Source: Utricularia gibba
Taxonomy: Eukaryota > Plantae > Magnoliophyta
Reading direction: 5' to 3'
Assembly: GCA_002189035.1 (NCBI GenBank)
Contig: NEEC01000007.1
Coordinates: 3,534,001-3,598,000 of the forward strand
DNA length: 64,000 nt
This document shows, in pieces, positions 38,013 through 50,488 of the stretch. Position 1 is the stretch's first letter; every line of letters starts with the position of its first letter. The notes under the pieces are model-generated. The model was not told the origin of the DNA. It searched no databases and saw nothing but the letters and a program-made list of their open reading frames with translations. The position numbers were made by a program, and so were the translations under genes.

Positions 38013-41000
38013 TGGTTTTAATAGGCTGCCTAATGGTTTTCTCAAGGAAAAGCTTGTCGTTTTGGGCGGGTGATGTCGTTGTGAACTTCGTTCTGACCCA
38101 AGGTTCGGTCTGTCTCCTTTGCCAAATCTGGTCCTACTCGACGAAAATCGTGATGCAGTTATTGAAGTTAGGATTTCATGAGCACCCAAAATGTTTTGTC
38201 AATCGCATGCTTTGTAGTTGAGGAGGCGCTCTAGTGGGGCACGGTATCGGGCAAAAGGTCGAGTCGGGCTCGCTCCCAGAGTCATTTTTAGCAAAAAAAA
38301 GTGATGCATTTATTAACGTTGGGTTTTAATAGGCTGCCTACATGGTTTCTCAAGGAAAAGCTTGTCGTTTCTGGGCGGGATGAGCACCCGGTCTGAAAAT
38401 GGTTTTCATGAGCAAAAATGGTTTTCTCAACCGCATGCTTTATATTTGATAAGGTCTCGTGGGGCAACGGTATCGAGCAGGAGGTCGAGTCGAGCTCGGG
38501 CCAAGTCATTTGTAGCCGGCAAAAAACTTGATGCATTTATTAACGTTGGTTTATAGGCTGCCTAGTTTCTCAAGGAAAAGCTTGTCGTTTCTGGCGGGTG
38601 ATGTCGTTGGGAACTTCGTTCTGACCAAGGTTCGGTCTGTCTCCTTTGCCAATCTGGTCCTACTCGACGAAAATCGTGATGCAGTTATTGAAGTTAGGAT
38701 TTCATGAGCACCCAAAATGTTTTGTCAATCGCATGCTTTGTAGTTGGGAGGCTCTAGTGGGGCACGGTATCGGGCAGGTCGAGTCGGGCTCGCCCAGAGT
38801 CATTTTTAGCCTGCAAAAAATTGATGCATTATTAACGTTGGTTTAATAGGCTGCCTACATGGTTTCTCAAGGAAAAGCTTGTCGTTTCTGGGCGGGTGAT
38901 GTCTTTTGGAACTTCGTTCTGACCAGGTTCGGTCTGACTCCTTTGCCACATCGGGTCCTACTCGACGAAAATCGTGATGCAGTTATTGAAGTTAGGATTT
39001 CATGAGCACCCAAAATGGTTTTCTCAACCGCATGCTTTATATTTGATAAGGCGCTCTCGTGGGCAACGGTATCGAGCAGGAGGTCGAGTCGAGCTCGGCC
39101 CAGAGTCATTTGTAGCCCGGCAAAAAAATTGATGCATTTATTAACGTTGGTTTAATAGGCTGCCTACATGTTTCTCAAGGAAAAGCTTGTCGTTTTGGGG
39201 GTGATGTCGTTGGAACTTCGTTCTGACCAAGGTTCGGTCTGACTCCTTTGCCAATCGGTCCTACTCGACGAAAATCGTGATGCAGTTATTGAAGTTAGGA
39301 TTTCATGAGCACCCAAAATGGTTTTCTCAACCGCATGCTTTATATTTGATAAGTGCTCTCGTGGGGCAACGGTATCGAGTAGGAGGTCGAGTCGAGCTCG
39401 GGCCCATAGTCATTTGTAGCTCGGCAAAAAAACTTGATGCATTTATTAACGTTGGTTTTAATAGGCTGCCTCAATGGTTTTCTCAAGGAAAAGCTTGTCG
39501 TTTTTGGGCGGTGATGTCGTTGTGAACTTCGTTCTGACCCAAGGTTCGGTCTGTCTCCTTTGCCAAATCTGGTCCTACTCGACGAAAATCGTGATGCAGT
39601 TATTGAAGTTAGGATTTCATGAGCACCCAAAATGCTTTTCAATCGCATGCTTTGTAGTTGAGGAGGCGCTCTAGTGGGGCACGGTATCGGCAAAAGGTCG
39701 AGTCGGGCTCGCCCAGAGTCATTTTTAGCCTGTCAAAAAAAGTGATGCATTTATTAACGTTGGGTTTTAATAGGCTGCCTACATGGTTTCTCAAGGAAAA
39801 GCTTGTCGTTTCTGGGCGGGTGATGTCTTTTGGAACTTCGTTCTGACCATAGGTTCGGTCTGACTCCTTTGCCACATCGGGTCCTACTCGACGAAAATCG
39901 TGATGCAGTTATTGAAGTTAGGATTCATGAGCACCCAAAATGTTTTCTCAACCGCATGCTTTATGATAAGGCACTCTCGTGGGGCAACGGTATCGAGCAG
40001 GAGGTCGAGTCGAGCTCGGCCCAGAGTCATTTGTAGCCCGGCAAAAAAATTGATGCATTTATTAACGTTTTTTATTAGGCTGCCTACATGTTTCTCAAGG
40101 AAAAGCTTGTCGTTTCTGGGCGGGTGATGTCTTTTGGAACTTCGTTCTGACCATAGGTTCGGTCTGACTCCTTTGCCACATCGGGTCCTACTCGACGAAA
40201 ATCGTGATGCAGTTATTGAAGTTAGGATTTCATGAGCACCCAAAATGGTTTTCTCAACCGCATGCTTTATATTTGATAAGGTGCTCTCGTGGGCAACGGT
40301 ATCGAGTAGGAGGTCGAGTCGAGCTCGGGCCCATAGTCATTTGTAGCTCGGCAAAAAACTTGATGCATTTATTAACGGTTGGTTTTAATAGGCTGCCTCA
40401 ATGGTTTTCTCAAGGAAAAGCTTGTCGTTTTTGGGCGGGTGATGTCGTTGTGAACTTCGTTCTGACCCAAGGTTCGGTCTGTCTCCTTTGCCAAATCTGG
40501 TCCTACTCGACGAAAATCGTGATGCAGTTATTGAAGTTAGGATTTCATGAGCACCCAAAATGCTTTTGTCAATCGCATGCTTTGTAGTTGAGGAGGCGCT
40601 CTAGTGGGGCACGGTATCGGGCAAAAGGTCGAGTCGGCTCGCTCCCAGAGTCATTTTTAGCCTGTCAAAAAAGTGATGCATTTATTAACGTTGGTTTTAA
40701 TAGGCTGCCTACATGGTTTCTCAAGGAAAAGCTTGTCGTTTCTGGGCGGGTGATGTCTTTTGGAACTTCGTTCTGACCATAGGTTCGGTCTGACTCCTTT
40801 GCCACATCGGGTCCTACTCGACGAAAATCGTGATGCAGTTATTGAAGTTAGGATTTCATGAGCACCCAAAATGGTTTTCTCAACCGCATGCTTTATATTT
40901 GATAAGGTGCTCTCGTGGGGCAACGGTATCGAGTAGGAGGTCGAGTCGAGCTCGGGCCCATAGTCATTTGTAGCCCGGCAAAAAAATTGATGCATTTATT

Positions 41001-44000
41001 AACGGTTGGCTTTATTAGGCTGCCTACATAGTTTCTCAAGGAAAAGCTTGTCGTTTCTGGGCGGGTGATGTCTTTGAACTTCGTTCTGACCAAGGTTCGG
41101 TCTGTCTCCTTTGCCAAATCGACGAAAATCGTCGTTATTGCATGAGCACCCAAAATGGTTTTCTCAACCGCATGCATATTTGATAAGGCATCTTGGGGCA
41201 ACGGTATCGGCAGGAGGTCGAGTCGAGCTCGGGCCAGAGTCATTTGTATTGATGCATTTATTAACGTTCGGCTTTATTAGGCTGCCTACATAGTTTCTCA
41301 AGGAAAAGCTTGTCGTTTCTGGCGGGTGATGTCTCGGCAAAAAACTTGGGAACTTCGTTCTGACCCAAGGTTCTGTCTGACTCCTTTGCCACATCGGGTC
41401 CTACTCGACGAAAATCGTGATGCAGTTATTGAAGTTAGGATTCATGAGCACCCAAAATGGTTTTCTCAACCGCATGCTTTATATTTGATAAGGCGCTCTC
41501 GTGGGGCAACGGTATCGAGCAGGAGGTCGAGTCGAGCTCGGCCCATAGTCATTTGTAGCTCGGCAAAAAACTTGATGCATTAATTAACGTTGGGTTTTAA
41601 TAGAACCCTACATTGTTTTCTCAAAAAAGCTTGTCGTTTTGGGCGGGTGATTTCGTTGTGAACTTCGTTCTGACCCAAGGTTCGGTCTGTCTCCTTTGCC
41701 AAGGTCCTACTCGACGAAAATCGTGATGCAGTTATTGAAGTTAGGATTTCATGAGCACCCAAAATGGTTTTCTCAACCGCATGCTTTATATTTGATAAGG
41801 TGCTCTCGTGGGGCAACGTATCGAGTAGGAGGTCGAGTCGAGCTCGGGCCCATAGTCATTTGTAGCTCGGCAAAAAACTTGATGCATTTATTAACGGTTG
41901 GTTTTAATAGGCTGCCTCAATGGTTTTCTCAAGGAAAAGCTTGTCGTTTTTGGGCGGGTGATGTCGTTGTGAACTTCGTTCTGACCAAGGTTCGGTCTGT
42001 CTCCTTTGCCAAATCTGGTCCTACTCGACGAAAAATCGTGATGCAGTTATTGAAGTTAGGATTTCATGAGCACCCAAAATGCTTTTGTCAATCGCATGCT
42101 TTGTAGTTGAGGAGGCGCTCTAGTGGGGCACGGTATCGGGCAAAAGGTCGAGTCGGGCTCGCTCCCAGAGTCATTTTTAGCCTGTCAAAAAAAGTGATGC
42201 ATTTATTAACGTTGGGTTTTAATAGGCTGCCTACATGGTTTCTCAAGGAAAAGCTTGTCGTTTCTGGGCGGGTGATGTCTTTTGGAACTTCGTTCTGACC
42301 ATAGATTCGGTCTGACTCCTTTGCCACATCGGGTCCTACTCGACGAAAATCGTGATGCAGTTATTGAAGTTAGGATTTCATGAGCACCCAAAATGGTTTT
42401 CTCAACCGCATGCTTTATATTTGATAAGGCTCTCGTGGGGCAACGGTATCGAGTAGGAGGTCGAGTCGAGCTCGGGCCCATAGTCATTTGTAGCTCGGCA
42501 AAAAACTTGATGCATTTATTAACGGTTGGTTTTAATAGGCTGCCTCAATGGTTTTCTCAAGGAAAAGCTTGTCGTTTTTGGGCGGGTGATGTCGTTGTGA
42601 ACTTCGTTCTGACCAAGGTTCGGTCTGTCTCCTTTGCCAAATCTGGTCCTACTCGACGAAAATCGTGATGCAGTTATTGAAGTTAGGATTTCATGAGCAC
42701 CCAAAATGCTTTTGTCAATCGCATGCTTTGTAGTTGAGGAGGCGCTCTAGTGGGGCACGGTATCGGGCAAAAGGTCGAGTCGGGCTCGCTCCCAGAGTCA
42801 TTTTTAGCCTGTCAAAAAAAGTGATGCATTTATTAACGTTGGGTTTTAATAGGCTGCCTACATGGTTTCTCAAGGAAAAGCTTGTCGTTTCTGGGCGGGT
42901 GATGTCTTTTGGAACTTCGTTCTGACCATAGGTTCGGTCTGACTCCTTTGCCACATCGGGTCCTACTCGACGAAAATCGTGATGCAGTTATTGAAGTTAG
43001 GATTTCATGAGCACCCAAAATGGTTTTCTCAACCGCATGCTTTATATTTGATAAGGTGCTCTCGTGGGGCAACGGTATCGAGTAGGAGGTCGAGTCGAGC
43101 TCGGGCCCATAGTCATTTGTAGCTCGGCAAAAAACTTGATGCATTTATTAACGGTTGGTTTTAATAGGCTGCCTCAATGGTTTTCTCAAGGAAAAGCTTG
43201 TCGTTTTTTGGGCGGGTGATGTCGTTGTGAACTTCGTTCTGACCCAAGGTTCGGTCTGTCTCCTTTGCCAAATCTGGTCCTACTCGACGAAAATCGTGAT
43301 GCAGTTATTGAAGTTAGGATTTCATGAGCACCCAAAATGCTTTTTCAATCGCATGCTTTGTAGTTGAGGAGGCGCTCTAGTGGGGCACGGTATCGGGCAA
43401 AAGGTCGAGTCGGGCTCGCTCCAGAGTCATTTTTAGCCTGTCAAAAAAATGATGCATTTATTAACGTTGGGTTTTAATAGGCTGCCTACATGGTTTCTCA
43501 AGGAAAAGCTTGTCGTTTCTGGGCGGGTGATGTCTTTTGGAACTTCGTTCTGACCATAGGTTCGGTCTGACTCCTTTGCCACATCGGGTCCTACTCGACG
43601 AAAATCGTGATGCAGTTATTGAAGTTAGGATTTCATGAGCACCCAAAATGTTTTCTCAATCGCATGCTTTATATTTGAGGAGGCGCTCTCGTGGGGCACG
43701 GTATCGAGCAAAGGTCGAGTCGAGCTCGCCCAGAGTCATTTGTAGCCTGCAAAAAAAGTGATGCATTTATTAACGTTGGGTTTTAATAGGCTGCCTACAT
43801 GGTTTCTCAAGGAAAAGCTTGTCGTTTCTGGGCGGGTGATGTCTTTTGGAACTTCGTTCTGACCATAGGTTCGGTCTGACTCCTTTGCCACATCGGGTCC
43901 TACTCGACGAAAATCGTGATGCAGTTATTGAAGTTAGGATTTCATGAGCACCCAAAATGGTTTTCTCAACCGCATGCTTTATATTTGATAAGGTGCTCTC

Positions 44001-45833
44001 GTGGGGCAACGGTATCGAGTAGGAGGTCGAGTCGAGCTCGGGCCCATAGTCATTTGTAGCTCGGCAAAAAACTTGATGCATTTATTAACGGTTGGTTTTA
44101 ATAGGCTGCCTCAATGGTTTTCTCAAGGAAAAGCTTGTCGTTTTTGGGCGGGTGATGTCGTTGTGAACTTCGTTCTGACCAAGGTTCGGTCTGTCTCCTT
44201 TGCCAAATCTGGTCCTACTCGACGAAAATCGTGATGCAGTTATTGAAGTTAGGATTTCATGAGCACCCAAAATGCTTTTGTCAATCGCATGCTTTGTAGT
44301 TGAGGAGGCGCTCTAGTGGGGCACGGTATCGGGCAAAAGGTCGAGTCGGGCTCGCTCCCAGAGTCATTTTTAGCCTGTCAAAAAAGTGATGCATTTATTA
44401 ACGTTGGGTTTTAATAGGCTGCCTACATGGTTTCTCAAGGAAAAGCTTGTCGTTTCTGGCGGGTGATGTCTTTGGAACTTCGTTCTGACCATAGGTTCGG
44501 TCTGACTCCTTTGCCACATCGGGTCCTACTCGACGAAAATCGTGATGCAGTTATTGAAGTTAGGATTTCATGAGCACCCAAAATGGTTTTCTCAACCGCA
44601 TGCTTTATATTTGATAAGGCACTCTCGTGGGGCAACGGTATCGAGCAGGAGGTCGAGTCGAGCTCGGCCCAGAGTCATTTGTAGCCGGCAAAAAAATTGA
44701 TGCATTTATTAACGTTGGTTTAATAGGCTGCCTACATGTTTCTCAAGGAAAAGCTTGTCGTTTCTGGGCGGGTGATGTCTTTTGGAACTTCGTTCTGACC
44801 ATAGGTTCGGTCTGACTCCTTTGCCACATTGGTCCTACTCGACGAAAATCGTGATGCAGTTATTGAAGTTAGGATTTCATGAGCACCCAAAATGGTTTTC
44901 TCAACCGCATGCTTTATATTTGATAAGGTGCTCTCGTGGGGCAACGGTATCGAGCAGGAGGTCGAGTCGAGCTCGGTCCCAGAGTCATTTGTAGCCCGGC
45001 AAAAAAATTGATGCATTTATTAACGTTGGTTTAATAGGCTGCCTACATGGTTTCTCAAGGAAAAGCTTGTCGTTTCTGGGCGGGTGATGTCTTTTGGAAC
45101 TTCGTTCTGACCATAGGTTCGGTCTGACTCCTTTGCCACATCGGGTCCTACTCGACGAAAATCGTGATGCAGTTATTGAAGTTAGGATTTCATGAGCACC
45201 CAAAATGGTTTTCTCAACCGCATGCTTTATATTTGATAAGGTGCTCTCGTGGGGCAACGGTATCGAGTAGGAGGTCGAGTCGAGCTCGGGCCCATAGTCA
45301 TTTGTAGCTCGGCAAAAAACTTGATGCATTTATTAACGGTTGGTTTTAATAGGCTGCCTCAATGGTTTTCTCAAGGAAAAGCTTGTCGTTTTTGGGCGGG
45401 TGATGTCGTTGTGAACTTCGTTCTGACCAAGGTTCGGTCTGTCTCCTTTGCCAAATCTGGTCCTACTCGACGAAAATCGTGATGCAGTTATTGAAGTTAG
45501 GATTTCATGAGCACCCAAAATGCTTTTGTCAATCGCATGCTTTGTAGTTGAGGAGGCGCTCTAGTGGGGCACGGTATCGGGCAAAAGGTCGAGTCGGGCT
45601 CGCTCCAGAGTCATTTTTAGCCTGTCAAAAAAAGTGATGCATTTATTAACGTTGGGTTTTAATAGGCTGCCTACATGGTTTCTCAAGGAAAAGCTTGTCG
45701 TTTCTGGCGGGTGATGTCTTTTGGAACTTCGTTCTGACCATAGTTCGGTCTGACTCCTTTGCCACATCGGGTCCTACTCGACGAAAATCGTGATGCAGTT
45801 ATTGAAGTTAGGATTTCATGAGCACCCAAAATG

Positions 45834-46035
45834 CCACATTTTCGACGAAAATCAAGTTATTGAAGTTAGGATTTCGCATGCTTTTTATATTTGATATTGA
45901 ACGGTAGGCGCTCTAGTGGGGCAAAAAACGGTATCGGGCAATGGTTTTCTCAAGGTCGAGTCGTTGCTCGCTGACCAGAGTCATTTATTAGCATGAGCAC
46001 CCAAAATGTTTTGTCAAAAAAGGCGCTCTAGATGC
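45834..46035. other. Insertion-rich scrambled X-like monomer (~+84 bp)
   Basis: X backbone words are interrupted by words from elsewhere in the monomer. The X-to-X interval 45521-46540 is 1019 bp instead of ~935. Confidence 0.6.
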
Positions 46036-49000
46036 ATTTATTAACGTTGGGTTTTAATAGGCTGCCTACATGGTTTCTCAAGGAAAAGCTTGTCGTTTCT
46101 GGGCGGGTGATGTCTTTTGGAACTTCGTTCTGACCATAGGTTCGGTCTGACTCCTTTGCCACATCGGGTCCTACTCGACGAAAATCGTGATGCAGTTATT
46201 GAAGTTAGGATTTCATGAGCACCCAAAATGGTTTTCTCAACCGCATGCTTTATATTTGATAAGGTGCTCTCGTGGGGCAACGGTATCGAGTAGGAGGTCG
46301 AGTCGAGCTCGGGCCCATAGTCATTTGTAGCTCGGCAAAAAACTTGATGCATTTATTAACGGTTGGTTTTAATAGGCTGCCTCAATGGTTTTCTCAAGGA
46401 AAAGCTTGTCGTTTTGGGCGGGTGATGTCGTTGTGAACTTCGTTCTGACCAAGGTTCGTCTGACTCTTGCCAAATCTGGTCCTACTCGACGAAAATCGTG
46501 ATGCAGTTATTGAAGTTAGGATTTCATGAGCACCCAAAATGCTTTTGTCAATCGCATGCTTTGTAGTTGAGGAGGCGCTCTAGTGGGGCACGGTATCGGG
46601 CAAAAGGTCGAGTCGGGCTCGCTCCAGAGTCATTTTTAGCCTGTCAAAAAAGTGATGCATTTATTAACGTTGGGTTTTAATAGGCTGCCTACATGGTTTC
46701 TCAAGGAAAAGCTTGTCGTTTCTGGGGGGTGATGTCTTTGAACTTCGTTCTGACCATAGGTTCGGTCTGACTCCTTTGCCACATCGGGTCCTACTCGACG
46801 AAAATCGTGATGCAGTTATTGAAGTTAGGATTTCATGAGCACCCAAAATGGTTTTCTCAACCGCATGCTTTATATTTGATAAGGCACTCTCGTGGGGCAA
46901 CGGTATCGAGCAGGAGGTCGAGTCGAGCTCGGCCCAGAGTCATTTGTAGCCCGGCAAAAAAATTGATGCATTTATTAACGTTGGTTTTAATAGGCTGCCT
47001 ACATGGTTTCTCAAGGAAAAGCTTGTCGTTTCTGGGCGGGTGATGTCTTTTGGAACTTCGTTCTGACCATAGGTTCGGTCTGACTCCTTTGCCACATCGG
47101 GTCCTACTCGACGAAAATCGTGATGCAGTTATTGAAGTTAGGATTTCATGAGCACCCAAAATGGTTTTCTCAACCGCATGCTTTATATTTGATAAGGTGC
47201 TCTCGTGGGGCAACGGTATCGAGCAGGAGGTCGAGTCGAGCTCGGCCCAGAGTCATTTGTAGCCGGCAAAAAATTGATGCATTTATTAACGTTGGTTTAT
47301 AGGCTGCCTACATGGTTTCTCAAGGAAAAGCTTGTCGTTTCTGGGCGGGTGATCTTTTGGAACTTCGTTCTGACCATAGGTTCGGTCTGACTCCTTTGCC
47401 ACATCGGGTCCTACTCGACGAAAATCGTGATGCAGTTATTGAAGTTAGGATTTCATGAGCACCCAAAATGGTTTTCTCAACCGCATGCTTTATATTTGAT
47501 AAGGCTCTCTGGGGCAACGGTATCGAGTAGGAGGTCGAGTCGAGCTCGGGCCCATAGTCATTTGTAGCTCGGCAAAAAACTTGATGCATTTATTAACGGT
47601 TGGTTTTAATAGGCTGCCTCAATGGTTTTCTCAAGGAAAAGCTTGTCGTTTTTGGCGGGTGATGTCGTTGTGAACTTCGTTCTGACCCAAGGTTCGGTCT
47701 GTTCCTTTGCCAATCTGGTCCTACTCGACGAAAATCGTGATGCAGTTATTGAAGTTAGGATTTCATGAGCACCCAAAATGCTTTTGTCAATCGCATGCTT
47801 TGTAGTTGAGGAGGCGCTCTAGTGGGGCACGGTATCGGCAAAAGGTCGAGTCGGGCTCGCTCCAGAGTCATTTTTAGCCTGTCAAAAAAAGTGATGCATT
47901 TATTAACGTTGGGTTTTAATAGGCTGCCTACATGGTTTCTCAAGGAAAAGCTTGTCGTTTCTGGGCGGGTGATGTCTTTGGAACTTCGTTCTGACCAAGG
48001 TTCGGTCTGACTCCTTTGCCACATCGGGTCCTACTCGACGAAAATCGTGATGCAGTTATTGAAGTTAGGATTCATGAGCACCCAAAATGGTTTTCTCAAC
48101 CGCATGCTTTATATTTGATAAGGTCTCGTGGGGCAACGGTATCGAGCAGGAGGTCGAGTCGAGCTCGGGCCAGAGTCATTTGTAGCAAAAAATTGATGCA
48201 TTTATTAACGTTGGCTGCCTACATAGTTTCTCAGGAAAAGCTTGTCGTTTCTGGGCGGTGATGTCTTTTGGAACTTCGTTCTGACCAAGGTTCGGTCTGA
48301 CTCCTTTGCCACATCGGTCCTACTCGACGAAAATCGTGATGCAGTTATTGAAGTTAGGATTTCATGAGCACCCAAAATGTTTTCTCAACCGCATGCTTTA
48401 TATTTGATAAGGTGCTCTCGTGGGGCAACGGTATCGAGTAGGAGGTCGAGTCGAGCTCGGGCCCATAGTCATTTGTAGCTCGGCAAAAAACTTGATGCAT
48501 TTATTAACGGTTGGTTTTAATAGGCTGCCTCAATGGTTTTCTCAAGGAAAAGCTTGTCGTTTTTGGGCGGTGATGTCGTTGTGAACTTCGTTCTGACCAA
48601 GGTTCGGTCTGTCTCCTTTGCCAAATCTGGTCCTACTCGACGAAAATCGTGATGCAGTTATTGAAGTTAGGATTTCATGAGCACCCAAAATGCTTTTCAA
48701 TCGCATGCTTTGTAGTTGAGGAGGCGCTCTAGTGGGGCACGGTATCGGGCAAAAGGTCGAGTAGAGTCATTTTTAGCCTGTCAAAAAAAGTGATGCATTT
48801 ATTAACGTTGGTTTTAATAGGCTGCCTACATGTTTCTCAAGGAAAAGCTTGTCGTTTCTGGCGGGTGATGTCTTTTGGAACTTCGTTCTGACCATAGGTT
48901 CGGTCTGACTCCTTTGCCACATCGGGTCCTACTCGACGAAAATCGTGATGCAGTTATTGAAGTTAGGATTTCATGAGCACCCAAAATGGTTTTCTCAACC

Positions 49001-49239
49001 GCATGCTTTATATTTGATAAGGTGCTCTCGTGGGGCAACGGTATCGAGTAGGAGGTCGAGTCGAGCTCGGCCCATAGTCATTTGTAGCTCGGCAAAAAAC
49101 TTGATGCATTTATTAACGTTGGTTTTAATAGGCTGCCTCAATGGTTTTTCTCAAGGAAAAGCTTGTCGTTTTTGGGCGGGTGATGTCGTTGTGAACTTCG
49201 TTCTGACCCAAGGTTCGGTCTGTCTCCTTTGCCAAATCT

Positions 49240-49553
49240 GGTCCTACTCGACGAAAATCGTGATGCAGTTATTGAAGTTAGGATTTCATGAGCACCCAAA
49301 ATGCTTTTGTCAATCGCATGCTTTGTAGTTGAGGAGGCGCTCTAGTGGGGCACGGTATCGGGCAAAAGGTCGAGTCGGGCTCGCTCCCAGAGTCATTTTT
49401 AGCCTGTCAAAAAAAGTGATGCATTTATTAACGTTGGGTTTTAATAGGCTGCCTACATGGTTTCTCAAGGAAAAGCTTGTCGTTTCTGGGCGGGTGATGT
49501 CTTTTGGAACTTCGTTCTGACCATAGGTTCGGTCTGACTCCTTTGCCACATCG
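49240..49553 (+). repeat. Reference monomer subtype X (314 bp)
   Basis: Diagnostic words: aaatgcttttgtcaatcgcatgctttgtagttgag, gcgctctagtggggcacgg, tcgggcaaaaggtcgagtcgggctcgctccc, tttttagcctgtcaaaaaaagtg, gggttttaat, cctacatggtttc, gatgtcttttgg, gaccatagg. It lacks SacI and carries a CTAG. Confidence 0.9.
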
Positions 49554-49869
49554 GGTCCTACTCGACGAAAATCGTGATGCAGTTATTGAAGTTAGGATTT
49601 CATGAGCACCCAAAATGGTTTTCTCAACCGCATGCTTTATATTTGATAAGGTGCTCTCGTGGGGCAACGGTATCGAGTAGGAGGTCGAGTCGAGCTCGGG
49701 CCCATAGTCATTTGTAGCTCGGCAAAAAACTTGATGCATTTATTAACGGTTGGTTTTAATAGGCTGCCTCAATGGTTTTCTCAAGGAAAAGCTTGTCGTT
49801 TTTGGGCGGGTGATGTCGTTGTGAACTTCGTTCTGACCCAAGGTTCGGTCTGTCTCCTTTGCCAAATCT
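49554..49869 (+). repeat. Reference monomer subtype Y (316 bp; hand count 62 C, 82 G, 45.6% GC, 17 CpG)
   Basis: Diagnostic words: gataaggtgct, gagtagg, gggcccatag, ctcggcaaaaaacttg, aacggttgg, cctcaatggttttc, tttttgggc, gtcgttgtgaac, tgtctcctttgccaaatctgg. Confidence 0.9.
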
Positions 49870-50177
49870 GGTCCTACTCGACGAAAATCGTGATGCAGTT
49901 ATTGAAGTTAGGATTTCATGAGCACCCAAAATGCTTTTGTCAATCGCATGCTTTGTAGTTGAGGAGGCGCTCTAGTGGGGCACGGTATCGGGCAAAAGGT
50001 CGAGTCGGCTCGCTCCCAGTCATTTTTAGCCTGTCAAAAAAAGTGATGCATTTATTAACGTTGGGTTTTAATAGGCTGCCTACATGGTTTCTCAAGGAAA
50101 AGCTTGTCGTTTCTGGGGGTGATGTCTTTGGAACTTCGTTCTGACCATAGGTTCGGTCTGACTCCTTTGCCACATCG

Positions 50178-50488
50178 GGTCCTACTCGACGAAAATCGTG
50201 ATGCAGTTATTGAAGTTAGGATTTCATGAGCACCCAAAATGGTTTTCTCAACCGCATGCTTTATATTTGATAAGGCACTCTCGTGGGGCAACGGTATCGA
50301 GCAGGAGGTCGAGTCGAGCTCGGCCCAGAGTCATTTGTAGCCCGGCAAAAAAATTGATGCATTTATTAACGTTGGTTTATTAGGCTGCCTACATGTTTCT
50401 CAAGGAAAAGCTTGTCGTTTCTGGGCGGGTGATGTCTTTTGGAACTTCGTTCTGACCATAGGTTCGGTCTGACTCCTTTGCCAAATCG
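50178..50488 (+). repeat. Reference monomer subtype Z (~311-315 bp)
   Basis: Diagnostic words: gataaggcact, gagcagg, ggcccagag, tagcccggcaaaaaaattg, tttattaggctgcctacat, ctgggcgggtgatgtcttttgg, gaccatagg. Confidence 0.8.

Noticed and set aside
49590-49600. TTAGG telomere-like pentamer
   Set aside because: It occurs as single isolated copies per unit and is never tandem.
42833-49739. Near-identical 103-aa minus-strand ORF at 42833, 43770, 46041 and 49428
   Set aside because: The identity simply reflects identical Y-X dimers. The start comes from the atgcat palindrome and the frame stops in each unit, so it is not evidence of coding selection.
49810-49850. CENP-B box-like words (tcgttggaac, ttcgttctga, catcggg)
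   Set aside because: I found no match to TTCGNNNNANNCGGG on either strand of the consensus; only partial words are present.
49554-49869. Helically phased A/T tracts (intrinsic curvature)
   Set aside because: A4-A7 and T4-T5 tracts exist, but I could not see consistent ~10.5-bp phasing by eye; a curvature calculation would be needed.
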